The translations under genes were made by a program, and so were the position numbers. Positions 34,756 to 44,556 of a stretch of 64,000 bases of DNA are shown here, piece by piece. Source of the DNA: an uncultured Acidimicrobiia bacterium (GTDB lineage Bacteria; Actinomycetota; Acidimicrobiia; Spongiisociales; JAOTWH01); contig CAXMQS010000049.1 of the NCBI GenBank assembly GCA_964195995.1, positions 407-64,406 on the forward strand, in the 5' to 3' direction. The notes beneath the pieces were generated by a model that was given only the letters and a program-made list of their open reading frames with translations, did not search any database and had not been told where the DNA came from. Numbering within the stretch: the stretch's first letter is position 1; each line of letters opens with the position of its first letter.

Positions 34756-35784
34756 ATGCGAAAACTGTCGATCAGCGTTATGAGCATCATCGCCGTCCTA
34801 TTGATCGGAGCTGGTCCGGTTGCCGCGTGCGGCTTCCTGGTCGCCCCCAACGGAACGGTGCAGCTCAAGCGCACCACAACTGCCGTCTTCTATGCGGACG
34901 GCATCGAGCACTACATCACGTCATTCGAGTACGGGGGCGGCGATGTCGACTTCGGCTCGATCATCCCGCTGCCCGACGTGCCGACATCTGTGGAGCGGGG
35001 TGGCGAATGGACGCTGCAGCGCCTCGTCAAGGAGATCACGCCTCCGCCGGCACCGTGCGCCACGTGCTCTGTGCAATTAGCAGCTTCGGACGAGGCGGAG
35101 GTGCTGCTCCAGACCAAGATCGACGCTTTGGAGATCACAGTGCTGCGGGGCGGAGCACCTGAAGTGGTCGAGTGGGCGGAGAACAACGGATTCCAGCTTC
35201 CCGACGACGCCTCCGACCAGCTCGGCTTCTACGCCGAGCGCAGTCCCATCTTCATGGCTGCTCGCTTCGACACGACAACGGCACGAGAGCTCGGCCAGTT
35301 CGGCGGAGACGGAACACCCATCCACGTCACGGTTCCTACCGACGACCCGTGGGTGCCGTTGCGCATCCTCGGGATGGCGAAGGCCCCGGACAGCCGGGTC
35401 GAGGCCGACGTCTTCCTACTGACCGAGTCTGCGCCCAACATGCTCCCGCTTCCACATGACCGGATGGCACTGCGCCGTTCCGAGCCGGCGTCGGCCGAAC
35501 TCCTCGATGACCTGCGGTCGGACGAAGGCATGGGGTTCGTGCCTGAGAAGATGTGGCTGACCTATCTCGCCATAGATGCGCCCGCATCGTCCATGACGTA
35601 CGACCTTGCGATCGAAGCGGACGGTGTCGGGCTGCCATCGCTGGTTGACACCGGATTAACGCGATTCGATCTCCCAACGTCGGAAGACGCGCCGTGGGCA
35701 ACAGCGTTGGTGATCATCGGCAGCTTCGGGATCGTGATGGTGGCCGCGACGCCGGGCCGACGGCACCTAGCCAACGTCAGATAG
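34756..35784 (+). CDS. DUF2330-like secreted protein with C-terminal TM anchor
   Basis: ORF track 342 aa. Signal peptide ends ...GPVAACG. FYADGIEHYITSF and IIPLPDVP resemble the DUF2330 pattern as I remember it. Confidence 0.6.
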   Translation: MRKLSISVMSIIAVLLIGAGPVAACGFLVAPNGTVQLKRTTTAVFYADGIEHYITSFEYGGGDVDFGSIIPLPDVPTSVERGGEWTLQRLVKEITPPPAPCATCSVQLAASDEAEVLLQTKIDALEITVLRGGAPEVVEWAENNGFQLPDDASDQLGFYAERSPIFMAARFDTTTARELGQFGGDGTPIHVTVPTDDPWVPLRILGMAKAPDSRVEADVFLLTESAPNMLPLPHDRMALRRSEPASAELLDDLRSDEGMGFVPEKMWLTYLAIDAPASSMTYDLAIEADGVGLPSLVDTGLTRFDLPTSEDAPWATALVIIGSFGIVMVAATPGRRHLANVR

Positions 35785-37185
35785 CGCGGTCTCCGCAGCC
35801 CAGTAGCCGCACATGCCATGGACACCGGCGCCGGGCGGAGTCGACGCCGAGCACAGGTACACGCCCGCCAGTGGAGTCCGATAGGGGGACGGCCGCAGCC
35901 GAGGGCGCGCCACGATCTGGCGAAGAGTCGATGCCCCACCGATGATCTCTCCACCTACATAGTTGGGGTTGTACGTCTCGAGTTGTCCCGGGGTCATTAC
36001 GGCGCGTGCCAACACCAGATCACGGAAGCCGGGAGCGAAGCGTTCCATCTGTAGCTCCATCCGCTCGACCATGTCTTCTGTGGAACCATTGGGAACATGG
36101 CAATAGGCCCAGGCGGTGTGTTTGCCGTTCGGTGCCCGGCTGGGGTCGGCAACGCTCGGTTGAGAGACGATCATGAAGGGGCGTTCGACGTGACTGCCGT
36201 TCCAAGCCGCAGCCTCCGAGGCTGCGATCTCGGAGAAGGTCCCGCCGACGTGCACGGTGCCGGCGCCGGCGACACGCGGGTTCGTCCACGGGATGGGTCC
36301 ATCGAGGGCCCAGTCGATCTTGAAAGCAGCCGGACCATGTTTCCACGAGCGCAGCGCGGAGGCGTAGCCATCGCTCAACCTGTCGCCGGCAAGCTGCAGC
36401 AGACCTCGAGGCGTCACATCGAGCATCACGACCTCTGCCTTCGGCAAGTCAGAGAGAGATGTCACCCAGCGCCCGGTCTCGATGCTGCCTCCGAGCTCGG
36501 CAACCAATCCGGCGAGAGCATCTGAGATGGCCTGCGACCCGCCCGCCGCCAGCGGCCAGCCGTAGGCGTGAACCGCTACGGCGAGAGCCAGGCCGGCGGC
36601 GGCTGAGCCAACTGAGTCGAGCGGAGTCGTGTTGTGAGCGCTGTGGCCGGCGAAATAGGCCTTGGCTTCCTCCGTCTTGAAACGGCCGACGAGGCCCTTG
36701 GCGGAGCGAAGGGCCCGCAATCCAAAGCGACCCGTCGCCAGCGGATGGCGGGGGACCCGCAACAGTGGGCGCATGACATCGCCGAAGACGTCGTCAGCAT
36801 GCTCAACCGTTGGCCCGAGAAGGTTGGCTACGGCGCGGCCATCGGTTCCCAGTGCGGCGACCGTCGCCTCGAGCGAGCGCTGCCCGATGATGGCTCGACC
36901 GTCATCGAGCGGATGAGCTACCGGAACCTCAGGCTCTATCCACGAAAGGCCGTGCTTCTCCAGGGGCAAGGAGCGGAAGAATGGCGAGGCCACACCGAAG
37001 GGGTGAACGGCGGAGCAGGGGTCGTGTCGAAACCCGGGCAGGGTGAGTTCAGCGGTGCGGGCTCCTCCGCCAACGGTGTCTGCCCCCTCGATGACCAGCA
37101 CCCGTCTCCCCGCCTGGCCAAGGCGCACTGCAGCCGCCAAACCATTGGGTCCGGCGCCGACGACGATGGCATCGAATTCGCTCAC
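35767..37185 (-). CDS. phytoene-desaturase-family NAD(P)/FAD-dependent oxidoreductase
   Basis: ORF track 472 aa. N-terminal dinucleotide fold DAIVVGAGPNGLAAAVRLGQAGRRVLVIE and a CrtI-like length and C-terminus. Confidence 0.85.
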   Translation of the reverse strand: MSEFDAIVVGAGPNGLAAAVRLGQAGRRVLVIEGADTVGGGARTAELTLPGFRHDPCSAVHPFGVASPFFRSLPLEKHGLSWIEPEVPVAHPLDDGRAIIGQRSLEATVAALGTDGRAVANLLGPTVEHADDVFGDVMRPLLRVPRHPLATGRFGLRALRSAKGLVGRFKTEEAKAYFAGHSAHNTTPLDSVGSAAAGLALAVAVHAYGWPLAAGGSQAISDALAGLVAELGGSIETGRWVTSLSDLPKAEVVMLDVTPRGLLQLAGDRLSDGYASALRSWKHGPAAFKIDWALDGPIPWTNPRVAGAGTVHVGGTFSEIAASEAAAWNGSHVERPFMIVSQPSVADPSRAPNGKHTAWAYCHVPNGSTEDMVERMELQMERFAPGFRDLVLARAVMTPGQLETYNPNYVGGEIIGGASTLRQIVARPRLRPSPYRTPLAGVYLCSASTPPGAGVHGMCGYWAAETALSDVG

Positions 37186-37238
37186 CTGGCAAGAGTACGG
37201 GTGGACGTTGCCTAGGGAGTGTGGTTAATGTCGCTCTC

Positions 37239-38204
37239 ATGAGGGGTGGAATGCGATTCGTGCTTGCACTGGGGATCGTCGTCTTCACGACGGCAGGGCC
37301 AGCCCTCGCCCAAGAGATGCCAGTTGTTGTCGATCTCGAGGTGTTCATCGCCACCGAGATCGGAGGTCCCGGGATAGTTAGCAACCTTGGCGACCTCAAC
37401 GACGACAGCATTTTCGACTTCCCGGACCTGCCGCCAGAGGGCATCGAAGGCATCTGGGATGACACTCTCGGCGTGGGGCTCGATGAAGAGGGCAATTTCG
37501 ACGATGAGGAGTTCTTCCGCCGAGTGCTGCCAGATGGCTTCGATCTAGCTGCCTCAGACGCCGTCGCGATGGGGCCATGTGGTGGGGTCCTGATCTCATA
37601 CGACGCCGGCGGGCTGTCCATCGACGCCGCCGTTGACCGCGGCGATGCCGATCCGCCTATGGACATCTACGGCAAGCCCGCGTTCACCAAGGACAATCCG
37701 TTTCAGGCGGATACGCGAGGGTTGCTGCTGTATTGGGGGTTCACCCGGGACGTTCCAACGTTCTCGACAAGCGGCAGCGGCGGTGGGAGTGCCACCGCCT
37801 TCCACGACCACCAGTGGAACGTCACCATCCTCGGTATCTCCGCAGATAACGGCGGCGACCCCAACCCTCGCGACAAGAATCGCAACGCCGGGGTCACCGA
37901 CCTCGGTGACCTACTGCCGCTCGACTTCCGGGCGGTAGTCAAGGGCAAGGCCGCGATCATCGATACCTACGGTCCCGAACGGCTTCCAGACTTCTCTGCT
38001 CCTGACGACGACCCAACGGCCGACGACATCGACGTCCTGGCCGCCGGCAACGAATTCTGTTTCGGCGAGGGCTGGTTCGAGTTCGTTGGCGATGGCCTGC
38101 CGTTCTTCGAGACCCCGGCGCTCATCGCCGATGCCCTGGCCCTGCTCGGCTTCAGCGGCATCCTCTTCAATGCCAGAACCGCCCTCTCCTGGAGATCGGG
38201 ATGA
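37239..38204 (+). CDS. hypothetical secreted, acidic protein with C-terminal TM anchor
   Basis: Track ORF 37221..38204. Signal peptide MRFVLALGIVVFTTAGPALA/QE. Asp/Gly-rich body. C-terminal hydrophobic helix ALIADALALLGFSGILF. Start could be 37221, 37239 or 37251. Confidence 0.55.
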   Translation: MRGGMRFVLALGIVVFTTAGPALAQEMPVVVDLEVFIATEIGGPGIVSNLGDLNDDSIFDFPDLPPEGIEGIWDDTLGVGLDEEGNFDDEEFFRRVLPDGFDLAASDAVAMGPCGGVLISYDAGGLSIDAAVDRGDADPPMDIYGKPAFTKDNPFQADTRGLLLYWGFTRDVPTFSTSGSGGGSATAFHDHQWNVTILGISADNGGDPNPRDKNRNAGVTDLGDLLPLDFRAVVKGKAAIIDTYGPERLPDFSAPDDDPTADDIDVLAAGNEFCFGEGWFEFVGDGLPFFETPALIADALALLGFSGILFNARTALSWRSG

Positions 38205-38614
38205 CCACTCAGACCGTTCGCAAGCGTCACCCGATCAGAGCGTTGCTGTGGGGGCTGTTCATCGGTATCGGCGTCGCCATCTACCTCACTCTGGTCTTCC
38301 CCGTGATCGTTCTCGACTCGATCGCCTCGACGGCAGTCAAGATGGCGCTCGTCGCTGTGGGAGTCGCCGTAGCGATGATGGTGATCACGATGTACGTGAT
38401 ACCTCCCAAGAAGCCCAAGGGGTTACAACCGGGCGTGCCCCGAACCGACCCATCATCCGCTGCGGATCAAACCGCATCCGCCTCCAGCGGCAACGATGGA
38501 GCAGAGCAAGAGCAATCAGCAAGCTTCTCGTCCGAGGGCTTGAATGACCAGCCGACGACCGACGCTGAACCGGAATCTGGGTCCGACGCCGACCAGCCTG
38601 GCCACCCTGCGTAG
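38201..38614 (+). CDS. hypothetical membrane protein (2-3 TM) with acidic disordered tail
   Basis: ORF track 137 aa. ATGA overlap with the upstream stop. Confidence 0.55.
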   Translation: MTTQTVRKRHPIRALLWGLFIGIGVAIYLTLVFPVIVLDSIASTAVKMALVAVGVAVAMMVITMYVIPPKKPKGLQPGVPRTDPSSAADQTASASSGNDGAEQEQSASFSSEGLNDQPTTDAEPESGSDADQPGHPA

Positions 38615-38656
38615 CCGGTCGGTTGCGGCTGACGCTGGTCACGAATAGAACTCAGC

Positions 38657-39919
38657 GTGCAGCCAACACCCACCGATAGAGACAACGTGGCGGAACAGCC
38701 TCACAGCCGGTCCTTGCGCGATTACGCCTCATTCGAACTGGAGCGTAAGGGATACAACCGCGCCCAGGTCGATGCCTTCCTCACTGAGCTCGACCAGGCC
38801 TTCCTGGAGCTCGAAACCTCTGTCAAGGAGCGCGGCAACGAGGTCGCCGAGCTGCAGGTGGAGGTCGAGCGCCTCAAGCGCGAATCCCCAGTAGGTCGGG
38901 GTGAGGAGATCTTGAAGCGGGTCGAGACCAATGCCGAGCAGATGCTGGCCTCCTCGCTTGCTGAAGGGCAGGAGATCGTCGCTAAGGCCGAGGCGATGGC
39001 GATGCGCATCATCGCCAACGCACGGGCGCAGAGTCAGGACCTGGCGGCGCAACCGCCCGGCTTCGGCATGCTGGCTCGGGTCCGCACGGAAGCTGCAGAC
39101 ATCGATCGCATCAAAGCCGAACACGCTGCTGTGATGGAGGAGCGGCCCGAGCTGCTGGCGCCTGGCGAAAAGATCGTCACCTTCGGCGACGAGGAACCCA
39201 CCGTTGTACCCGAGGCCGCGCCGGCTCCGCCGAAGAAGCCTGCTGGCGCCAAGAAGAAGTCCGCTGCCAAGGCCCCACAGCCAGCCAAAGAGACGGAAGA
39301 GGTCGAGGGAGTCGATGAAGAAGAGCCGACCGAGGCCAAGGTGCCGCGTATCAAGCTGGTCGAGCCGCCGACGGTAGAGAAGGTCGCCGCTGAGGAGGTC
39401 ACGGTCGAGGCCGAGGCTGCCGACGAGGTCACGATCGAGGCCGCTGAGGAGGACACGGTCGAGGCTGTCGAGGAAGTCGCCGCCAAGACTCCCGAGGAGG
39501 TCACGGTCGAGGCCGCTGAGGAGGTCACGATCGAGGCTCCCGGCGAGGTAACAGTCGAGGCTGCCGAGGAGGTCACGGTCGAGGCCGATGACGACGAGAT
39601 CATGCTCGATCCCAAGGCCTTCGATTGGGGTGCCGCCCGCCAAGAGGCGATTCAGGCACGCGGCGACGAGGTCACTACCGAGCCTCCTGAGTCCGAAGAA
39701 GAGCCCGAAGAGGACCCAGAAGAGGACCCAGAAACTGCGGCCATCGCAGCCGCCAGGGAGAAGCTGCCAACTGTCATGAGACGAGAAGGTTCGCGGTACG
39801 AACGCCATAGCGCCAGCCTTCCCAGGATCGGCAGCGAGGGCGAATCGACACTTTCGGACGTGTCCAAGGTCAGCAAACGCCGGAGGCGCCGCGCCGCCTA
39901 CCGGGATGACGAGAGGTAG
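38657..39919 (+). CDS. DivIVA-domain protein with long acidic tandem-repeat region
   Basis: ORF track 420 aa. N-terminal FELERKGYNRAQVDAFLTELD is a DivIVA-type motif, followed by a coiled coil, then a Lys/Ala/Pro segment, AEEVTVEA repeats and a basic tail KRRRRRAAY. Confidence 0.7.
   Translation: MQPTPTDRDNVAEQPHSRSLRDYASFELERKGYNRAQVDAFLTELDQAFLELETSVKERGNEVAELQVEVERLKRESPVGRGEEILKRVETNAEQMLASSLAEGQEIVAKAEAMAMRIIANARAQSQDLAAQPPGFGMLARVRTEAADIDRIKAEHAAVMEERPELLAPGEKIVTFGDEEPTVVPEAAPAPPKKPAGAKKKSAAKAPQPAKETEEVEGVDEEEPTEAKVPRIKLVEPPTVEKVAAEEVTVEAEAADEVTIEAAEEDTVEAVEEVAAKTPEEVTVEAAEEVTIEAPGEVTVEAAEEVTVEADDDEIMLDPKAFDWGAARQEAIQARGDEVTTEPPESEEEPEEDPEEDPETAAIAAAREKLPTVMRREGSRYERHSASLPRIGSEGESTLSDVSKVSKRRRRRAAYRDDER
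39388..39585 (+). repeat. in-frame degenerate 24-nt (8-aa) tandem repeat, about 8 units (AEEVTVEA)
   Basis: GCTGAGGAGGTCACGGTCGAGGCC and variants are repeated head to tail. Translated units: AEEVTVEA / ADEVTIEA / AEEDTVEA / VEEVAAKT / PEEVTVEA / AEEVTIEA / PGEVTVEA / AEEVTVEA. Confidence 0.8.
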
Positions 39920-39948
39920 GCGTCCAAAGCGCTTCGTAAGCTGCGGCC

Positions 39949-40783
39949 GTGAAGTGGAAGCGTGGTTACCGCAGCAAAGACGTCAAGGACGCCCGTAGGG
40001 GCGGACGCGGCACGGCCGTTGCTGCAGGGGGTGGAGGCATCATCGCCATCCTCATCGCCCTCTTTGCGGCCTTCAGCGGTGGTGGAGGTGACGGGTTCTC
40101 CCTCGACCAACTGGCCCCGGCCCCGGCGCCACAGGAGCAACCCACCGGTCCTGATCCCAACGAGGACCTGCGTTCGATCGCCGAGTTCACGCTCGATCAG
40201 GCGCAGGGAACTTGGACCGAGCTCTTCGAGCAGGCGGGACAGGAGTACCCGCGGGCTTCGATGACCCTCTTTTCCTCACCCATAGCTTCGGGCTGCGGTA
40301 CTGCCACCTCGTAGACCGCACTACTGCCCCCGCGACCAGACCGTCTACATAGATCTCAACTTCTTCCGCGAACTGGAGACCCGCTTCGGGGCGGCCGGAG
40401 ACTTCGCCGAGGCCTACGTCATCGCCCACGAGGTTTCCCATCATGTTCAGAACATCACGGGGGTCATGGACGAGGTGCGCCGTCTCCAGTCACAGGCGTC
40501 CTCCCAGGCCGATGTCAACCAGTTCTCCGTGAGACTCGAGCTCCAGGCCGATTGCTTGGCTGGCATCTGGGCCCGGTCGGCCTATCAGGCTGACCTGCTC
40601 GACCCGGGCGACACCCAGGAGGCCATCGAGGCCGCCGAGGCGGTGGGCGATGACCGCATTCAGGAAGCAGCCACCGGCACGATCAACCCGGAGAGCTGGA
40701 CCCACGGCTCCTCCGAGCAGCGCGTCGAGTGGTTCAACACCGGCTTCAACACCGGCGACCCCAACGCCTGTAACACGTTCTAA
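39949..40783 (+). pseudogene. YpfJ-type neutral zinc metallopeptidase, interrupted by a frameshift near 40312-40316
   Basis: Frame 1 (39949..40314) gives MKWKRGYRSKDVKDARRGG...SGCGTATS*. Frame 2 continues PHYCPRDQTVYIDLNFFRELETRFGAAGDFAEAYVIAHEVSHHVQ... to 40783. Together the two parts make one full-length protein of about 277 aa. Confidence 0.75.
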
Positions 40784-40828
40784 GCAGGCCTCAAGCCAAG
40801 CCTGGAGCTTGTAGCTAGCTTTCCCCCT

Positions 40829-41520
40829 ATGGAGTTCATCGGCGACGTTCTTGGCGACGCCCTCTCGTTTCTTAGTGACTTCGGTCCGGAGCTGCGGCGG
40901 GTCACAGCATTGACCCTCGTCGTTGGCGGACTGGCGACGGCCATCGGAGTTGTCATCGGGGTGCCTCTTGGAGTGGCGCTTGGCCTGGGGCGATTCCGGG
41001 GTCGGGGCGCCCTGACCGTCGCCGTCAACACTGGAATGGGCATGCCTCCCGTACTCGCTGGGCTGCTGCTCCTTCTTCTGCTGTGGAACGACGGGCCACT
41101 CGGTTCTTGGGAGCTGCTCTTCACTCCGGCGGCCATGGTCGGCGCCCAGGCTCTGCTGGCTATACCCATCGCCGCCGGAGTGACGGCCGCCGGGATGCGT
41201 TCGCTATCCGGCGACACCCGAGAACAACTGGCGGCTCTCCGTCTCAACCGCCGACAGACTGGATGGCTGGCGATCGGCGAGGCGTGGCCGACTGTCGCCG
41301 CCGCCATCGCCGCCGCCTTTGGACGGGTGATCGCCGAAGTGGGTGCAGTGCTCATCATCGGCGGCAACATCGCCGGCGAGACCAGGGTCCTGACAACGGC
41401 CATCGTCCAGGAGGCGCGGCGCGCTGAGTTCGGCGCCGCCGTTGGCCTCGGGATCGTTCTGTTGCTCATCGCACTCGCCGTCAACGGAGCATTGACCTAC
41501 TTCCAGCTCCGAGAGGCGAG

Positions 41521-41524
<4 letters not shown>
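40829..41524 (+). CDS. tupB: tungstate/molybdate-type ABC transporter permease (TupB-like)
   Basis: ORF track 231 aa. AEVGAVLIIGGNIAGETRVLTTAI resembles the TupB signature as I remember it. Confidence 0.7.
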
Positions 41525-42491
<967 letters not shown>

Positions 42492-42495
<4 letters not shown>

Positions 42496-43292
42496 AGCGC
42501 CTGGCGGCACTGGCACCAATGCTGGCACTCGTGCTGGCGGCATGCGGAGGAGCCAGCGCTGAGCGGATCATCGTCGGGGCCGGAACCACGGTCGTCGACA
42601 GCGGTTTCATCGATGCAGTGGTCGCTGCCTACGAGGAGGCCACCGACGGTCAGGTCGCGGTGGTCGCCGAGTCGTCGCAGCGCCTCCTGGATCTTGCCGA
42701 GCGCGGCGAGATCGACTTTCTCATCACCCATGAACCCGAGGCACTGCTGGCCTTCATCGACAAGGGGTTCGCCGGTCGCTCGGATGCCGTGTTCGAGAGC
42801 CAGTTCCTGCTGGTTGGACCGCCCGGGATCACAGCCGGCCTTGCAGGGTCAGACGTAGCCGCGGCCTTCTCCGCCATCGCCCAAGGAGCCCTGCCGTTCG
42901 TCAGCCGCGCCGATGGCTCAGGGACCTACCGCCAGGAGTTGGACGCCTGGAGACTGGCCGGGGTCGACCCCACGGACGAACCGTGGTACCAGACGACCGG
43001 GCAAGGAATGGGCCTCACAATGCAGGTAGCCGATCAGCGCAGTGCCTTCGTCGTCGTCGAGCGTGGCGCCTGGCTGGAGGCGGCGGACACTCTGAGCCTG
43101 GTTGAGGTCGGCATCGGCGACTGGCCCAACGTCTACTCGGCAACCGTGGTCGCTGGCGGCCGCCAGGCTGCCGACGCGTTCTACGACTGGCTGTTCAGCG
43201 ACGCCGGCTCCGAGGCGGTACGCCTCGCCAACGAGGAGCTGTTCGGCCAACCCGTCTACCGCCACCTGCTCGCGGAACGTAGCCTCCCCTGA
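42492..43292 (+). CDS. tungstate/molybdate-type periplasmic binding lipoprotein (TupA-like)
   Basis: GTG 42492 (GTGA overlap with the upstream stop). VKRLAALAPMLALVLAACGG carries a lipobox. GAGTTVVDSGFIDAVV resembles the TupA TTTS-x-x-SG region. The first 92 aa of the track ORF are an overlap artefact. Confidence 0.7.
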
Positions 43293-44383
43293 TGGTCAAA
43301 GAGGTCGCTCCCGGAGAACTCGACAGTGATGTCGCCCTGATCGATATCCGCACGCCCGGGGAGTACGAGGCCGCCTTCATCCCGGGTGCCATCTCCCTGC
43401 CGTTCGATGTCGTCGCTGGTCGAATCGAGGACGTCGTTGTCGACCGAGACAGGCCGATCGTTCTCTACTGCCACTCGGGCATCAACTCGGTGGTCGCAGG
43501 ACGCTTCCTCGACATGATGGGCTACACCGATGTGGCTTCGATGACCGGGGGCATTGTTCGTTGGTCCGAGGAGGGCCGACCGGTCGACGGGACCAGTCAG
43601 CTGACCTCCGACCAACGCACTCGCTACAGCCGGCACCTCAGCCTGGCGGAGATCGGCGAGGAAGGACAGAAGCGACTGCGCAGTGCCAGTGTCGTGGTCG
43701 TCGGGGCCGGCGGTCTCGGCTCCCCGGTCGCCCTGTATCTGGCGGCCGCCGGCATCGGACGCCTCACCCTCGTCGACTTCGACGCGGTGGAGCTCTCCAA
43801 CTTGCAGCGCCAGGTCGTTCACGACACAGCCTCGGTCGGGACGCCGAAGGCGTTGTCGGCGGCGGCCCGGGTTGCCGACCTCAACCCAGACGTCGTGGTC
43901 AACGGCATCGACTCCCGCCTGACGGCAGCAAATGCTCTGGAGATCCTCGACGCGCACCATCTGATCATCGACGCCACCGACGACTTCCCGACCCGCTACC
44001 TGATCAACGATGTCGCCCTCCATCTCGGCACGCCCGTTGTCCACGGTTCGATCCTTCGTTTCGAGGGTCACGCCACCGTGTTGTGGCCGGGGCGAGGTCC
44101 CTGCTACCGCTGCCTCTTCCCGACGCCTCCGACCGACGCCCCAACCTGCGAGGACGCCGGGGTACTGGGGGCGATGGCGGGGATGATCGGTTCGATTCAG
44201 ACGCTCGAGACGATCAAGCTGATCACCGGGGCCGGCAAGCCGCTCATCGGCACGCTCCTCACCTACGACGGTCTCGACCACGCTGTGACCAAGTTCGAGT
44301 ACGAGAGGCGCTCGGACTGCGCCGCCTGCTCCGGTGCGCTGCCAGAGCTCGTCGACTACGACGCCAGCTGCATCGCAACCTAG
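43292..44383 (+). CDS. rhodanese-MoeB/ThiF fusion (adenylyltransferase/sulfurtransferase, MoeZ-like but with N-terminal rhodanese)
   Basis: ORF track 363 aa. The N-terminal 100 aa are a rhodanese domain (active-site loop LYCHSGINS). These are followed by E1-like motifs GAGGLGS, CYRC, PTCEDAGVLG and CAAC. Confidence 0.85.
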   Translation: MVKEVAPGELDSDVALIDIRTPGEYEAAFIPGAISLPFDVVAGRIEDVVVDRDRPIVLYCHSGINSVVAGRFLDMMGYTDVASMTGGIVRWSEEGRPVDGTSQLTSDQRTRYSRHLSLAEIGEEGQKRLRSASVVVVGAGGLGSPVALYLAAAGIGRLTLVDFDAVELSNLQRQVVHDTASVGTPKALSAAARVADLNPDVVVNGIDSRLTAANALEILDAHHLIIDATDDFPTRYLINDVALHLGTPVVHGSILRFEGHATVLWPGRGPCYRCLFPTPPTDAPTCEDAGVLGAMAGMIGSIQTLETIKLITGAGKPLIGTLLTYDGLDHAVTKFEYERRSDCAACSGALPELVDYDASCIAT

Positions 44384-44394
44384 AGCAGCGATTT

Positions 44395-44530
44395 CGCGCT
44401 CTCCCAGGATGGCCCCCTCGAGGGAGGGCCTCCATGGCCAACGAGAACGGGGCTCTGATGGTCAGCGTCGTCGAAGAGGAAACGCCGCCCGCCTAGTAGC
44501 TCACCGTCGACAGGGCCCGAGAGTCACCCG
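44395..44530 (+). ncRNA. weak candidate Moco (molybdenum cofactor) riboswitch in the moaA leader
   Basis: The 173-nt leader contains, in order, GCCUCCAUGGCC, GAGGAAACG and CGCCCGCCUAG. These recall the CUCCGAGCC ... GGAAAGG ... GCCCGCCUGG blocks of the Moco motif as I remember them. Position upstream of moaA is the classic context. No covariance model was run. Confidence 0.3.
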
Positions 44531-44556
44531 TCACAATGTGGGTAGCCTCGGGCGCA

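Noticed and set aside
40305-40320. Programmed +1 frameshift or stop-codon readthrough at UCG-UAG-A in the YpfJ-like gene.
   Set aside because: There is no slippery codon that allows tRNA re-pairing (UCG to CGU) and no upstream SD-like stimulator as in prfB. An indel, either mutational or from sequencing, is the simpler explanation.
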